A stretch of 64,000 nt of DNA from a virus (IMGVR_UViG_3300031998_000017:70902-134901); one strand, 5' to 3'. Shown: positions 44,601 through 52,332, counted from the stretch's first letter. The notes: generated by a model from the letters alone, not told the origin. Numbers and translations: made by a program.

Positions 44601-44676
44601 GGGGAATTAGTCCAGTTGGGAGAACGCCTCGTTTGCACCGAGGAGGTCAGGGGTTCGAGCCCCCTATTCTCCACCA
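44601..44676 (+). tRNA. tRNA-Ala(TGC)
   Basis: G3.U70 pair, TTTGCAC loop, CCA. Confidence 0.93.
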
Positions 44677-44679
44677 TGT

Positions 44680-44746
44680 GTCATAATAGTTTAATGCAAA
44701 ACACTAGAAATAGAGATGTAAGTTCAAATCTTGCTTATGGCTACCT
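44680..44746 (+). ncRNA. tRNA mimic lacking an anticodon loop
   Basis: Acceptor, D and T arms present; anticodon arm replaced by CTA-GAAA-TAG. Confidence 0.6.
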
Positions 44747-44918
44747 ATATCACAAAACCTTCCTATTATAATGTGATTGGGGGCTTTAAGCCCTCTGTGC
44801 GCGAATCGGGTGGCTGAGCCTTATGGCAGGTCGATGCACCTAGACCGGGTTCCCGCACAGAAGTTTTAAAGCTTCAATGTTCAGAACTGGCAAGTCACTT
44901 CGGTGCGTCAGTCTTTAT

Positions 44919-45327
44919 GGGGTCGACTTGGTTTCGACTGGAGAAGGAAAGCATTAGAATACAAGTAGTAGGCAGTTACTTAAAAGGCATTATCAAAAAT
45001 AAATGGAAACATTTTAACAAAAATTGCTAATAAAGTTAAATCTTTATTCTCTTTCAACAGAGTTTCATTCGCGTAATGTTAAGCAGCTTCTAAGTAAGTA
45101 TCAGTGCAATCAGAGAAAACTTAGTCGTATTAACTTCAAGGATTGCTATTGTGTGTCAGTTACTATGCCAACCGCCACAATATCTATTTTTGCATAGCCG
45201 GCTCTTAAGATTGATATTTGGTAGAGAGTTTGAGTTCCTATGAAATATACAAAACTTGTAAGGTAAGAATGAGATTTCTAATGAATACTTTTTTAGGACA
45301 TGGGTTCAATTCCCATCGGCTCCACCA
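44919..45327 (+). ncRNA. ssrA: tmRNA
   Basis: GGGGTCG...GGTTTCGAC 5' end, T arm and CGGCTCCACCA 3' end with G3.U; internal tag ORF GNILTKIANKVKSLFSFNRVSFA*. Confidence 0.92.
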
Positions 45328-45329
45328 AT

Positions 45330-45404
45330 GTTCCTATAGTCTAATGGAGAGAACACGTGGCTACGGACCACGAGGTCTGGGTTCAAATCCTAGTGGGAAC
45401 ACCA
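45330..45404 (+). tRNA. tRNA-Arg(ACG)
   Basis: CGTGG-CTACGGA-CCACG, CCA. Confidence 0.92.
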
Positions 45405-45413
45405 TATAGTTAT

Positions 45414-45488
45414 ACGCCTGTCGTCCAACGGTTAGGGCTTACGGCTTATATCCGTACTATCGGGGTTCAAATCCCTGCGGGCGTACCA
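45414..45488 (+). tRNA. tRNA-Ile(TAT)
   Basis: TACGG-CTTATAT-CCGTA, CCA. Confidence 0.82.
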
Positions 45489-45655
45489 AGAGATAATAAT
45501 TTATTTATTATACACAGAGTTTTTCATTTAATTCTCTATAAAAAATTAGATGCTTCCTTCCTTTATAGAGCAGGTTCTGGTGTAACTGCGCATAGCTCTT
45601 TATATACATTTTTATTGATTTTTTAATAAAAATATTATATAATATATATAAGGAA

Positions 45656-46042
45656 GTGATAAAAATGGTAAAATTTTTTGATAATACAAACAATATGCAA
45701 GATTATGATTATGCATTTGGGCATGATTTCTTAACATCAATATTTGGTGAAGATAAATATAAGCGCAAGTATTCAATGACTGGCGATGGTATATATAACT
45801 TGCTATTGATAGATGATAAAATATATGATTTAAAATTAAAAGAGGCTAAATCTATGCTTGTTGAAGACCATAAGAAAGCATATAGAGATACTACTAAAGA
45901 TTACATAGTAGAAGAAATTAGAAAAGCTTTAGCAAATCGTGGAATTGAAATGACAAGCAATAGTGGAAAATTGATTACTTTTAAAAATAATGATAAAATA
46001 TTTAATGTAGAAATAACAAAAAAGGTTTCAATGCCTGAATAA
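45656..46042 (+). CDS. Hypothetical protein
   Basis: Own promoter, RBS. Confidence 0.65.
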   Translation: MIKMVKFFDNTNNMQDYDYAFGHDFLTSIFGEDKYKRKYSMTGDGIYNLLLIDDKIYDLKLKEAKSMLVEDHKKAYRDTTKDYIVEEIRKALANRGIEMTSNSGKLITFKNNDKIFNVEITKKVSMPE

Positions 46043-46107
46043 AAAGCACATACAGCAACTTTGAATTAAAAACCCACGCTTTATTGGATATTTAATGTTG
46101 TGCTTTG
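46043..46107 (+). ncRNA. CAGCAA stem element E2
   Basis: AAAGCACA/TGTGCTTT stem, ACAGCAA at 46052. Confidence 0.65.
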
Positions 46108-46127
46108 TTTGTTATATGTATTATTGA

Positions 46128-46185
46128 AAAGCGCTTGCAGCAATATTAGCCCAAACTTGTAAATTGGATACTATATGGCGCTTTG
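46128..46185 (+). ncRNA. CAGCAA stem element E3
   Basis: AAAGCGCT/GGCGCTTT stem, GCAGCAA at 46137. Confidence 0.65.
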
Positions 46186-46197
46186 ACTTTTGATTAA

Positions 46198-46290
46198 AAG
46201 ACGCATTTCAGCAATTTATATTTTGGTTAAAAGAAAATTCTGCAAATATTTTCCGATAAGGTTCAATTCCTTAAAATAAAAAGCGTCTTG
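46198..46290 (+). ncRNA. CAGCAA stem element E4 with tRNA-like arms
   Basis: AAGACGC/GCGTCTT stem, TCAGCAA, internal CTGCAAA loop and T arm TAAGG-TTCAATT-CCTTA. Confidence 0.65.
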
Positions 46291-46310
46291 ATATATATGT
46301 TACTTAGAGA

Positions 46311-46438
46311 AAGACATCCACAGCAAAACGAACAATGGACTCTAAATCCCGTTTATTATTGGTTCGAATCCAATCTCCCCCACCATGTTTTATGGGGGAG
46401 TAGCCTAATGGTAAAGGCGCGTATATTATGATGTCTTG
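46311..46438 (+). ncRNA. CAGCAA stem element E5 enclosing a circularly permuted tRNA (CUA anticodon)
   Basis: AAGACATC/GATGTCTT stem; order anticodon arm, T arm, CTCCCCC-ACCA, linker, GGGGGAG, D arm. Confidence 0.75.
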
Positions 46439-46803
46439 AGTACAAATAAATGACTATGAAGACCCTGTGAATAGCAACAGATGGGGTAAGTGAGTGTACG
46501 GCACTGAAGGTAAATGGCTGTTGCGATAGTCCGCGTTAGTAAGTAGCATTGAATAAATATATAAAAGCTCCTACCCATAGGGTGAATCCGTAGGTCTGTT
46601 GGTCAGGTATCGGTGAGGGCGGGAGACCATCTGGGGAATAGGTCGCTACTATCCCAATCCCTTATATTTATTCAATGGTGCTTACTAGCACCTATAAATA
46701 ATTCTCTGTGATGATTTTTTATAAACATCACTTCCAATCAGGCGGGACCAGGGATGGAGAAGGCTGAATACCGCTATATAAATTAGGAAAGTTCTCCGCT
46801 TAT

Positions 46804-46879
46804 GCCGGCCTAGCGCAATAGGTAGAGCAACTGATTTGTAATCAGTAGGTTGGGGGTTCGATTCCCTCGGTCGGCACCA
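46804..46879 (+). tRNA. tRNA-Thr(TGT)
   Basis: Cloverleaf, TTTGTAA loop, CCA. Confidence 0.93.
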
Positions 46880-46901
46880 TTTTAGTAGGTGATGACATAA
46901 A

Positions 46902-47495
46902 ATGATAAAATTGAGTGTAGTTATTACTAATTATAATAAAGTTAAATGGTTACCAAGATTGTTAAAAACTTTACAAAAGCAAAAAAATGATGATGTAGAA
47001 TATATTATTATAGACGATGCTTCTACTGATAATAGTCAATTTTTATTAAATAATCTTGATAAAGACACTTTTAAAGTTATATATCATACTAAAAATACAG
47101 GGATAGGTTTAACAAGACAAGAAGGATTTAATATTTCTAAAGGAAAATATTTAGTATATATAGATGGTGATGATAATGTCGCAGAAAATTATATAACTAC
47201 CTTATTAAGTTATACCAATCAAAATTATGATATATTAGAATTTGCTTACCAATTTTATCCTAATGGAAAGATACAAACCGAAAGAGAATATACTTTTATT
47301 TGAAATAAAATGATTAAAAAAGAATTTATAATAAAAAACAATATTAAATTTGAAGATGTTATTATGGAAGAAGATGGTCTTTTTATTAAAGAAATAAATA
47401 AAAGAAATCCTATCTACAAAATAATAGACAATTCAGTTTTATATTATTATAATACTTTATCTATTTCTTTAACTAGACCAATAGGTCATTGTTAA
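46902..47495 (+). CDS. GT2 glycosyltransferase (197 aa, one TGA=Trp)
   Basis: SVVITNYN, IIDDASTD, GKYLVYIDGDD; TGA forms the usual GT2 'WNK' motif joining two track ORFs. Confidence 0.88.
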
Positions 47496-47508
47496 AAATT
47501 TTTATTGT

Positions 47509-47582
47509 GTGGATGTCGTTCAAGGGCAGGACTTCAGCCTTCCAAGCTGATAATGTGGGTTCGATTCCCATCATCCACTCCA
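47509..47582 (+). tRNA. tRNA-Gly(TCC)
   Basis: CTTCCAA loop, U73, CCA. Confidence 0.92.
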
Positions 47583-47583
47583 T

Positions 47584-47657
47584 GTAGATGTAGTTTAATG
47601 GTAGAATACCACCTTGCCAAGGTGGGGGTACGGGTCCGATTCCCGCCATCTGCTCCA
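47584..47657 (+). tRNA. tRNA-Gly(GCC)
   Basis: TTGCCAA loop, U73, CCA. Confidence 0.9.
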
Positions 47658-47853
47658 ATTGATTTTTAATAAAAATTATTATATAATATAAATGTAATAA
47701 AGAAAATGTCTAAGCAAGAATAAAGCGGATTAACTTCCTAACACATTTTCTTCCTGCAGGGTGCTTGACCGGGCCAAGAAGTGTGAACCGGGTCCCCAGT
47801 AGTGTAAAACTACTCAGCTCTTGGGGGTGCTAATAATACAAGAGGAAGATAAT

Positions 47854-47928
47854 GGCCTCATCGTCAAGCGGCTAAGACACCACCCTTTCACGGTGGTATC
47901 ATGGGTTCGAGTCCCATTGGGGTCACCA
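47854..47928 (+). tRNA. tRNA-Glu(TTC)
   Basis: CTTTCAC loop, CCA. Confidence 0.92.
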
Positions 47929-48061
47929 TTGTGGTATAAAGAATTTTATTTGCCATTCTTTTATATAAATAGTGCGCTACAACTTAAGAGTAGCTACAAA
48001 TAGGAAACAGAAAAAGATATGCCCTATTAAGAGATTACCTGGGAAGAACAGGTAAGCCTAT

Positions 48062-48139
48062 GCAGGTTTAGCTCAGTTTGGTTAGAGCAACCGTCTGATA
48101 CGCGGTAGGTCCTAGGTTCAAATCCTAGAACCTGCACCA
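48062..48139 (+). tRNA. tRNA-Ile(GAT)
   Basis: CTGATAC loop, CCA. Confidence 0.92.
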
Positions 48140-48158
48140 TTTTGAAAATAACATATTA

Positions 48159-48232
48159 AAGGCATATACAGCAAATCTTTTTAGGAATTATCACTTTTTT
48201 AGGGTAAAAGCAGGAGATTTTTAAGTGCCTTG
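48159..48232 (+). ncRNA. CAGCAA stem element E6
   Basis: AAGGCAT/GTGCCTT stem, ACAGCAA at 48168. Confidence 0.65.
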
Positions 48233-48243
48233 TTTTTATATAT

Positions 48244-48320
48244 GGTGCGTTAGTACAGTTGGTTAGTACGCCTGCCTGTCACGCAGGAGGTCACGGGTTC
48301 AAGTCCCGTACGCACCGCCA
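48244..48320 (+). tRNA. tRNA-Asp(GTC)
   Basis: CTGTCAC loop, G73, CCA. Confidence 0.94.
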
Positions 48321-48446
48321 TTTAGAATTCAACTATTTTTATATACATATGAGGCAAAAGGAGTTTTAAATATGGAGTTAAAGATATAATTTTATCTTTT
48401 TACTCACCTTAGAGGTAGATTGTTTTATTGAAAACAGGAGATTAAC

Positions 48447-49463
48447 ATGAAAGTTACAGATAAAATTAGTTTACCCTCCCCGTTGAGGGTATTAAGGGAT
48501 AATAAGAAAGTTATATTAATATGTTTAGTTATTTGTTTTGTTCCGTTCCTTTTAGGGTTTGTGGGCGCACAAGCAACAAGTGCTACAACTAATGTGACTT
48601 TAACGGAAGAAGAGAGACAAGAGTTCCTCGATGGAATAGTTAATAAAAGAATTCAAGAGATAGAAAAAGCTTATGGCTATGAAAATGTCAAAAGTAGATA
48701 TATCCCGCCTCTTGAAAATGCAAAATCTATTCCGCAAATATCGTATGGTGAAACTCTTGAGGAAATGATTTTAAAACATTATGTCTTTACTGCAGAATAT
48801 CACACTTTAACCAAAGATGACATTGTGTATTATTTTAAAACCCAAGAACTTGCTAATCAATTTTTGACAAATATAAATAAATATGGAAAAATAAACTATA
48901 CTGAAAATATTAAAAGAGATAGTTTAAACAAAGAAACTTCGCAAGAGGTTTTAGACAAAGCAATAGCTGAAAGAAAAGCGGCATATGAGAAAGCCCTTGC
49001 TGAACAAAGGGCGCGAGAGGCAGCTGCTAGAAAAGCGGCTGAGCAAAAGAAAAAAGCTGCTGCGCAATCTTCTAGCTATACATATAAAGCAACAGGAGTC
49101 CGTGGACAAGATGTTGTTAATTATGCTTTGCAGTTTAACGGTAATCCTTATGTTCATGGGGGTACTAGTTTAACTAATGGTGCTGATTGTAGTGGATTTA
49201 CTCAAAGTGTTTATAAACATTTTGGTATAAATATTCCGCGTAACGCGGCTTCACAAGCTACATTCGGTAAGGCGGTATCGTTCAGTGATAAACAGCCTGG
49301 AGACCTAATATTTTATAGCACTAATGGGGGAAAAAGTGTAACTCATGTTGCTATATATATAGGTAATAATAAAATAATTCACGCCAGAACACCTGCTAAG
49401 GGAATTGGTGTAACACCTGTTACCGGCGGTATGGTCGTAATGGGAGTTAGAAGAGTTATTTAA
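48447..49463 (+). CDS. NlpC/P60 peptidoglycan endopeptidase with N-terminal membrane anchor
   Basis: GNPYVHGG, ADCSGF, PGDLIF, HVAIYIG, IIHA. Confidence 0.92.
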   Translation: MKVTDKISLPSPLRVLRDNKKVILICLVICFVPFLLGFVGAQATSATTNVTLTEEERQEFLDGIVNKRIQEIEKAYGYENVKSRYIPPLENAKSIPQISYGETLEEMILKHYVFTAEYHTLTKDDIVYYFKTQELANQFLTNINKYGKINYTENIKRDSLNKETSQEVLDKAIAERKAAYEKALAEQRAREAAARKAAEQKKKAAAQSSSYTYKATGVRGQDVVNYALQFNGNPYVHGGTSLTNGADCSGFTQSVYKHFGINIPRNAASQATFGKAVSFSDKQPGDLIFYSTNGGKSVTHVAIYIGNNKIIHARTPAKGIGVTPVTGGMVVMGVRRVI

Positions 49464-49511
49464 TAAAAAAACAATCTGCCTTTAAGGGTAATATAATAGG
49501 AGGTTTAGGTT

Positions 49512-50192
49512 ATGAAAAAAATACTAATGCTATTAGTAGTTATTAGTATGTTCGTAACTAGTAGTGCTTTTGCAGATAGTCAACAATATCATTTTGTTGT
49601 AAAACACATTTTTGATAGCACTGAAATAACAACAGTAGATGAATATGGTGCTGCTGGTTCAGAATATACTATTCAACCACTAACTAATCAAGAGATAGAT
49701 GGATATGATGATGGAATTTGAGAAGTTGCATATACAAGTATAGATGGCGGAAATTCTCAAATAGAAGAAAATTATGATAGTGTAATACTTTGACCTACAC
49801 GCGCATCTACAATTACTTTAATACCAGATGATACTGTTGTAGAATATCACTATGTGTTTAGTAAAAATGTTCATGTAATATATGAATGAGAAGGAGCACC
49901 TGAAAGTGTATCTTTACCTATTGATGAATATGGTTATAAAGATGGCGCATACACCAAAGAAACAGTAAATATAGACGAAACTTATAAAGCAGGAGATGTA
50001 GTTGAAGAAGATAATTATCTATATACATTTTCCGGCTGGACAAAAAACAAAAAAAATAATAAAATAATTATAATAAATGGTAATTGGGATAGAATTGAAA
50101 AAGAAATTGAGGAGGAACCAATAGTAGAAGAACCTATTATAATTCCACCAAAAGAAGATTATGTCCCAGAGCCACCACATACAGGCATTTAG
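49512..50192 (+). CDS. Secreted surface-protein-like polypeptide (226 aa, 3 TGA=Trp)
   Basis: Signal peptide MKKILMLLVV...AFA; YTFSGW adhesin-repeat-like motif; Pro/Glu tail ending PPHTGI; TAG overlaps the tRNA start. Confidence 0.7.
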
Positions 50193-50286
50193 GGGCTTAG
50201 TGTAATGGTAGCACAGCGGTCTTCAAAACCGTAAAGACGGGTCTCCAAAACTCGGGGTGTGGGTTCGAATCCTACAGCCCCTGCCA
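50191..50286 (+). tRNA. tRNA-Trp(TCA), UGA-decoding, with a second CCA anticodon arm in the variable region
   Basis: AGGGGCT/AGCCCCT acceptor, G73, CCA; GCGGT-CTTCAAA-ACCGT followed by CGGGT-CTCCAAA-ACTCG. Confidence 0.88.
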
Positions 50287-50413
50287 TTTAAAAAATAAAG
50301 GTTAATTGGAAATAGTTATTAATATGAAGCAGCTCTTATGAGTGATTGCACGAAACTGAACCGCTTCCGACGGGGAACTGACAGCTGAAGTATGATATAA
50401 CTAGCCTTTTTAT

Positions 50414-50487
50414 AGGGATGTCGTTCAAAGGTAGGACTACGGTCTCCAAAACCGTGTATCTGGGTTCAAGTCCTAGCATCCCTGCCA
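50414..50487 (+). tRNA. tRNA-Trp(CCA)
   Basis: ACGGT-CTCCAAA-ACCGT, G73, CCA. Confidence 0.93.
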
Positions 50488-50508
50488 TTTTTATTGTGAG
50501 GTGAAAAT

Positions 50509-51129
50509 ATGAATACAACAGAAAGACTTAATCAACATAAAGAAATGATGCAAAAAATTTTAGATAAAGAAACTTTAATTGCCGAAGAAATAGTAATGCA
50601 AATTAATGATTTCTATAACCAAGAAGAACAAGATTGGGAAGAATTATATAATATAATTAAAGACTTAATATATATTTCTTTAAGACAAACATATAAAATG
50701 ACATTAAAAGAATTAAATGATATATATAATTTGCAATTAAGTAGTCCTAAAACAATTTCTGAAAAACAGATTAATGATTATGTTTATTCAAAAGATAAAA
50801 AAACCTTAATAGATAGAATAAAAGAACATATAAATAATGCTAAAAAAGAAGAAATAACACAAGAAACATTAAAATATAATTTAATAAGATTATTAGACAA
50901 TGAAACTAAAACTGTTAATCATAAACTAACAAAAGCACAATTAAAAAAGAAAAAATTTGAATATGGGATGATTTTTTCTGGGGGTGGATGTGATAGAGAA
51001 TGTTGCAATGTGAGTGTTGAAGAATGGATTCCAATAGAGGAAGTGGAAGAACCTCCATATCATCCTAATTGTAGTTGTGAAGTAATTTATATTGATGAAG
51101 AAGTAGACCTTAATGAAGAAGAAGAATAG
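50509..51129 (+). CDS. Phage Mu gpF-like (head morphogenesis) domain protein
   Basis: C-terminal CDREC...PPYHPNCSC motif. Confidence 0.6.
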   Translation: MNTTERLNQHKEMMQKILDKETLIAEEIVMQINDFYNQEEQDWEELYNIIKDLIYISLRQTYKMTLKELNDIYNLQLSSPKTISEKQINDYVYSKDKKTLIDRIKEHINNAKKEEITQETLKYNLIRLLDNETKTVNHKLTKAQLKKKKFEYGMIFSGGGCDRECCNVSVEEWIPIEEVEEPPYHPNCSCEVIYIDEEVDLNEEEE

Positions 51130-51173
51130 TTGATTTTCTAATAAAATTATTATATAATATATATGTAATAAAT

Positions 51174-51264
51174 GGAGATATACTCAAGTTGGTGAAGAGG
51201 CGAGTTTGCTAAACTTGTAGGTCGACTTGTCGGCGCAAAGGTTCGAGCCCTTTTATCTCCGCCA
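51174..51264 (+). tRNA. tRNA-Ser(GCT)
   Basis: TTGCTAA loop, long variable arm, G73, CCA. Confidence 0.92.
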
Positions 51265-51267
51265 TTT

Positions 51268-51342
51268 GTCCCTATCGTTCAATGGAGAGGACACGGACCT
51301 TCTAAGTCTGTAATCTAAGTTCGACTCTTAGTGGGGACACCA
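51268..51342 (+). tRNA. tRNA-Arg(TCT)
   Basis: CTTCTAA loop, CCA. Confidence 0.92.
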
Positions 51343-51354
51343 TTTAGATAATAA

Positions 51355-51596
51355 TTAAGTGTGGCGAAATAGGTAGCCGCTAAAAGAAGAATGATGCAGG
51401 AGTCCGTTAGCTTCAAAGGGTCTAATGGCTGGTGTTGCGTTATAGGGGATTGATGCCACGAAGTTTTTATAGTTTCATGATATATAAATGGAAACTTAAC
51501 CCTTAGACAGCCCAACGAAAAACCAGACAACGAGGCGTCCATGAAACGCCTACAATGTCTCGACTTCATGTAGGGTGCAAATCCTTACCACTTAAT
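51355..51596 (+). ncRNA. tRNA-ended large RNA (Leu-like D/T arms with about 180 nt insert)
   Basis: TTAAGTG/CACTTAA acceptor, GCG-AAATAGGTAGC-CGC D arm, GTAGG-GTGCAAAT-CCTTAC T-arm-like hairpin. Confidence 0.6.
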
Positions 51597-51606
51597 TTTT
51601 ATATAT

Positions 51607-51691
51607 GCCGACTGTCCGGGCGGTGAGGGAGCTGACTTGAAATCAGTTGGTCTTTCGGGACTTGCAGGTTCGAATCCTGTGGTCGGCGCCA
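51607..51691 (+). tRNA. tRNA-Ser(TGA)
   Basis: CTTGAAA loop, variable arm, G73, CCA. Confidence 0.9.
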
Positions 51692-51759
51692 GTTAATTAA
51701 TTGATTTTTTATAAAAATTAATTTATAATATAGATGTAAATAAAAAAGGAGAATTAACT

Positions 51760-52167
51760 ATGAGATTATGGCATAAAGATTTAATTAAAGTATTACCGCA
51801 AGCGCATTTGGTTGCTCAATGGAGAGAACTTTCTGCTATTGCAGGTGCTATTGAAAAGAATGGAACACCTAATCATGTATTAGTTAATTTCGTATTAGAT
51901 TATGATTATGACAATTTCATTAGTTATGCTTATTATATAAGAGAAGAGATGACTAGAAGAGGAATTAGAACTATGAACACAGTTTGGGATAAAATTGTTA
52001 GTTTAAAACCTGAATGGACACTTTTACCTCTTGAAAAAATTTATGAGCAAAAAATGGACAATTTATATCTTAAAATATGCTATTATAATTTATATGAAAA
52101 ATATTTATGTGGTATGTTTGATGATATAAGTGGAATTGATGAGGTTGTGCATAATATAAATTTATAA
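51760..52167 (+). CDS. Pyrimidine dimer DNA glycosylase (T4 DenV-like family)
   Basis: MRLWH..L...LP..HLVAQWRE N-terminus, EEMTRRG. Confidence 0.8.
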   Translation: MRLWHKDLIKVLPQAHLVAQWRELSAIAGAIEKNGTPNHVLVNFVLDYDYDNFISYAYYIREEMTRRGIRTMNTVWDKIVSLKPEWTLLPLEKIYEQKMDNLYLKICYYNLYEKYLCGMFDDISGIDEVVHNINL

Positions 52168-52169
52168 AT

Positions 52170-52245
52170 GGTGAGCATAGCCCAATGGTCAAGGCGCTAG
52201 GTTGTGGCCCTAGATATCTGAGTTCGATTCTCAGTGTTCACACCA
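52170..52245 (+). tRNA. tRNA-His(GTG)
   Basis: TTGTGGC loop, G-1, CCA (discriminator is A rather than the usual C). Confidence 0.88.
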
Positions 52246-52246
52246 T

Positions 52247-52323
52247 GCCTGTCTGCGCGAATTGGCATAGCGGCTTGACTCAAAATCAAGTGTTTCAGAG
52301 TTCGAGTCTCTGGGCGGGCACCA
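52247..52323 (+). tRNA. tRNA-Leu(CAA), short variable region
   Basis: CTTGA-CTCAAAA-TCAAG, CCA. Confidence 0.85.
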
Positions 52324-52332
52324 ATAATTTAT

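Noticed and set aside
46330-46355. Pyrrolysine tRNA
   Set aside because: The anticodon hairpin resembles tRNA-Pyl, but the D and T arms are canonical Gln-like and no pyl genes are seen in the window.
46043-46438. CRISPR array
   Set aside because: Units share only a short motif and a covarying stem, with variable lengths; no identical direct repeats and no cas genes.
46783-46800. RNase P RNA P4 motif (AGGAAAGTTC)
   Set aside because: Imperfect match lying immediately before tRNA-Thr with no room for the rest of the ribozyme.
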